From Patescibacteria group bacterium (GTDB lineage: Bacteria; Patescibacteriota; Minisyncoccia; Phycocordibacterales; BOKC01): DNA of 64,000 bases. The stretch lies in NCBI GenBank assembly GCA_038062955.1, contig JBBTWE010000001.1, positions 182,304 through 246,303 of the forward strand. Reading direction: 5' to 3'. Made by a program: the position numbers and the translations under genes. Below, piece by piece: positions 62,731 through 64,000 of this stretch (positions within the stretch are counted from its first letter, which is position 1; each line of letters begins with the position of its first letter). The notes under the pieces are model-generated. The model searched no databases and was not told where the DNA came from. It saw nothing but the letters and a program-made list of their open reading frames with translations.

Positions 62731-64000
62731 CTAATTTGTGGTTTTTTTCTTTTTCTTTAGTAAAAACTTTATCTCATCTCTAAGTATTGCGGCTGTTTCA
62801 AAATCTAGAGATTTAACAGCCTCGTTCATTTGTTTTTCTTTCTCTCTGATTAGTTTTTTGCTATTACCTTTATAGATGCCTCCGTCCATATTAGCCAATG
62901 ATTCAACAGCCTTTTGACGTTCCCTTTCGGCTTGTCCGATAGATTCTCCAACTTTTTTTATAATAGTTTGCGGAGTTATATTGTTTTTTAAATTGTGAGC
63001 AGTTTGAATTTGTCGCCTTCTTTCTGTTTCGTGGATGGCGTGTTTTAGTGAGTCTGTAATTTTATCAGCGTACAAAATAACTTTTCCATCAATGTTCCTA
63101 GCCGCTCTTCCGATAGTTTGAATAAGCGAGGTTTCACTTCGCAGGAATCCTTCCTTGTCCGCGTCTAAAATTCCGATTAAAGTTACTTCCGGCAAATCCA
63201 AACCCTCTCTTAAAAGATTCACCCCAACCAAACAGTCAAACTTCCCTCTTCTAAAATCATTCAGAATTTCTATTCGTTCCATTGTTTTAATATCGCTATG
63301 CAAAAATTCTGCTTTTACTCCTCGTTCCTTGAGAAATTCGCTTAATTCCTCGGCCATTTTTTTTGTAAGAGTTGTTGTGAGCACTCTCCCGCCTTTTTTT
63401 ATCGCTTTTAGAGCTTCCTCGATAAAATCAAAAACCTGACCGCCTCTTTTTGCATTTTTCTTGCCAGGAACTTCTATTTTTTCGGATATTGGTCGCACTT
63501 CCAAGAGTGGATCAATCAGTCCTGTTGGTCGAATAATCTGCTCAACTATTTTCTGGCTTTTTTCCCTTTCAAAATTTCCCGGGGTTGCTGAAGTAAAAAT
63601 AGCCTGACCAATCCTTTCTTCAAATTCCTTAAAATTAAGAGGTCTATTGTCACGAGCCGACGGTAAACGGAAACCATGATCTATAAGATTTTTCTTACGA
63701 GAAGCATCTCCTGCGTACATCCCGCCTATTTGGGGTATTGTTACGTGAGATTCATCTATAACAGTTAGAAAGCCTGGTTTTCCGTCTTTATCACGAGGAA
63801 AATAAGACAAGAGAGTATCCGGCGCATCCCCTGCGTTGCGCAAAGAAAGATGTCTTGAATAATTTTCAATGCCGTTACAGTAACCGACTTCTTTGAGTAA
63901 TGCCAAATCATAACCAGTTCTTCTCTTCAATCTGTCCGCCTCAAGCAATTTTCCCTCTTTGGTAAAATACTTCAGCTGTTCTTTAAGCTCGGCTTTTATG
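62731..64000 (-). CDS. uvrB: excinuclease ABC subunit B, C-terminal about two-thirds (N-terminus beyond window end)
   Basis: helicase motifs, ...GRAARN..., C-terminal UVR domain ([13 protein letters not shown]). Confidence 0.9.
   Translation of the reverse strand, partial: IKAELKEQLKYFTKEGKLLEADRLKRRTGYDLALLKEVGYCNGIENYSRHLSLRNAGDAPDTLLSYFPRDKDGKPGFLTVIDESHVTIPQIGGMYAGDASRKKNLIDHGFRLPSARDNRPLNFKEFEERIGQAIFTSATPGNFEREKSQKIVEQIIRPTGLIDPLLEVRPISEKIEVPGKKNAKRGGQVFDFIEEALKAIKKGGRVLTTTLTKKMAEELSEFLKERGVKAEFLHSDIKTMERIEILNDFRRGKFDCLVGVNLLREGLDLPEVTLIGILDADKEGFLRSETSLIQTIGRAARNIDGKVILYADKITDSLKHAIHETERRRQIQTAHNLKNNITPQTIIKKVGESIGQAERERQKAVESLANMDGGIYKGNSKKLIREKEKQMNEAVKSLDFETAAILRDEIKFLLKKKKKTTN

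Noticed and set aside
1-64000. CRISPR array or cas operon
   Set aside because: No regularly spaced direct repeats were found anywhere. The Cas4-like nuclease at 15033-15839 is isolated with no other cas genes.

Overview
Low-GC (roughly one-third GC) bacterial segment with almost all genes on the minus strand, very short intergenic spacers and no Shine-Dalgarno sequences on housekeeping genes; this looks like a CPR/Parcubacteria-type genome. Recognisable content: grpE-dnaK; a ribosomal/RNAP cluster (rpsI-rplM, rplQ-rpoA-rpsD-rpsK-rpsM-rpmJ-infA); alaS and leuS; central-carbon genes (zwf, pgi/pmi, ROK kinase, eno, ppsA, glycerate kinase, a 2-hydroxyacid dehydrogenase); DNA repair genes (uvrA, uvrB partial, uvrC, xseA, xseB, tag, udg, ogt-like); a receiver-only two-component cluster; a P-type ATPase; and three tRNA-Ala isoacceptors. 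The hunt found four things. (1) A family of four 85-142 bp MITE-like elements with CCCGTAGT...ACTACGGG terminal inverted repeats and 6-bp target-site duplications; three copies sit exactly at start codons and one at a -35 box. (2) About fifteen small GC-rich islands of ORFans; each is a self-contained unit with a TTGACA-type promoter, a strong AAGGAGG ribosome-binding site and an intrinsic terminator, and several share leader or terminator sequences; two islands abut the 3' ends of tRNA-Ala genes, one with a 17-bp att-like repeat. (3) Two promoter/terminator-bounded units that look like sRNAs or small-protein genes. (4) Several repeat families, an in-frame GC-hairpin insertion in eno, a tag pseudogene fragment and an HRDC-XseA fusion. 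No CRISPR array, integrase or transposase gene was seen. All calls rest on reading the sequence and recalled family motifs; no database search was run.
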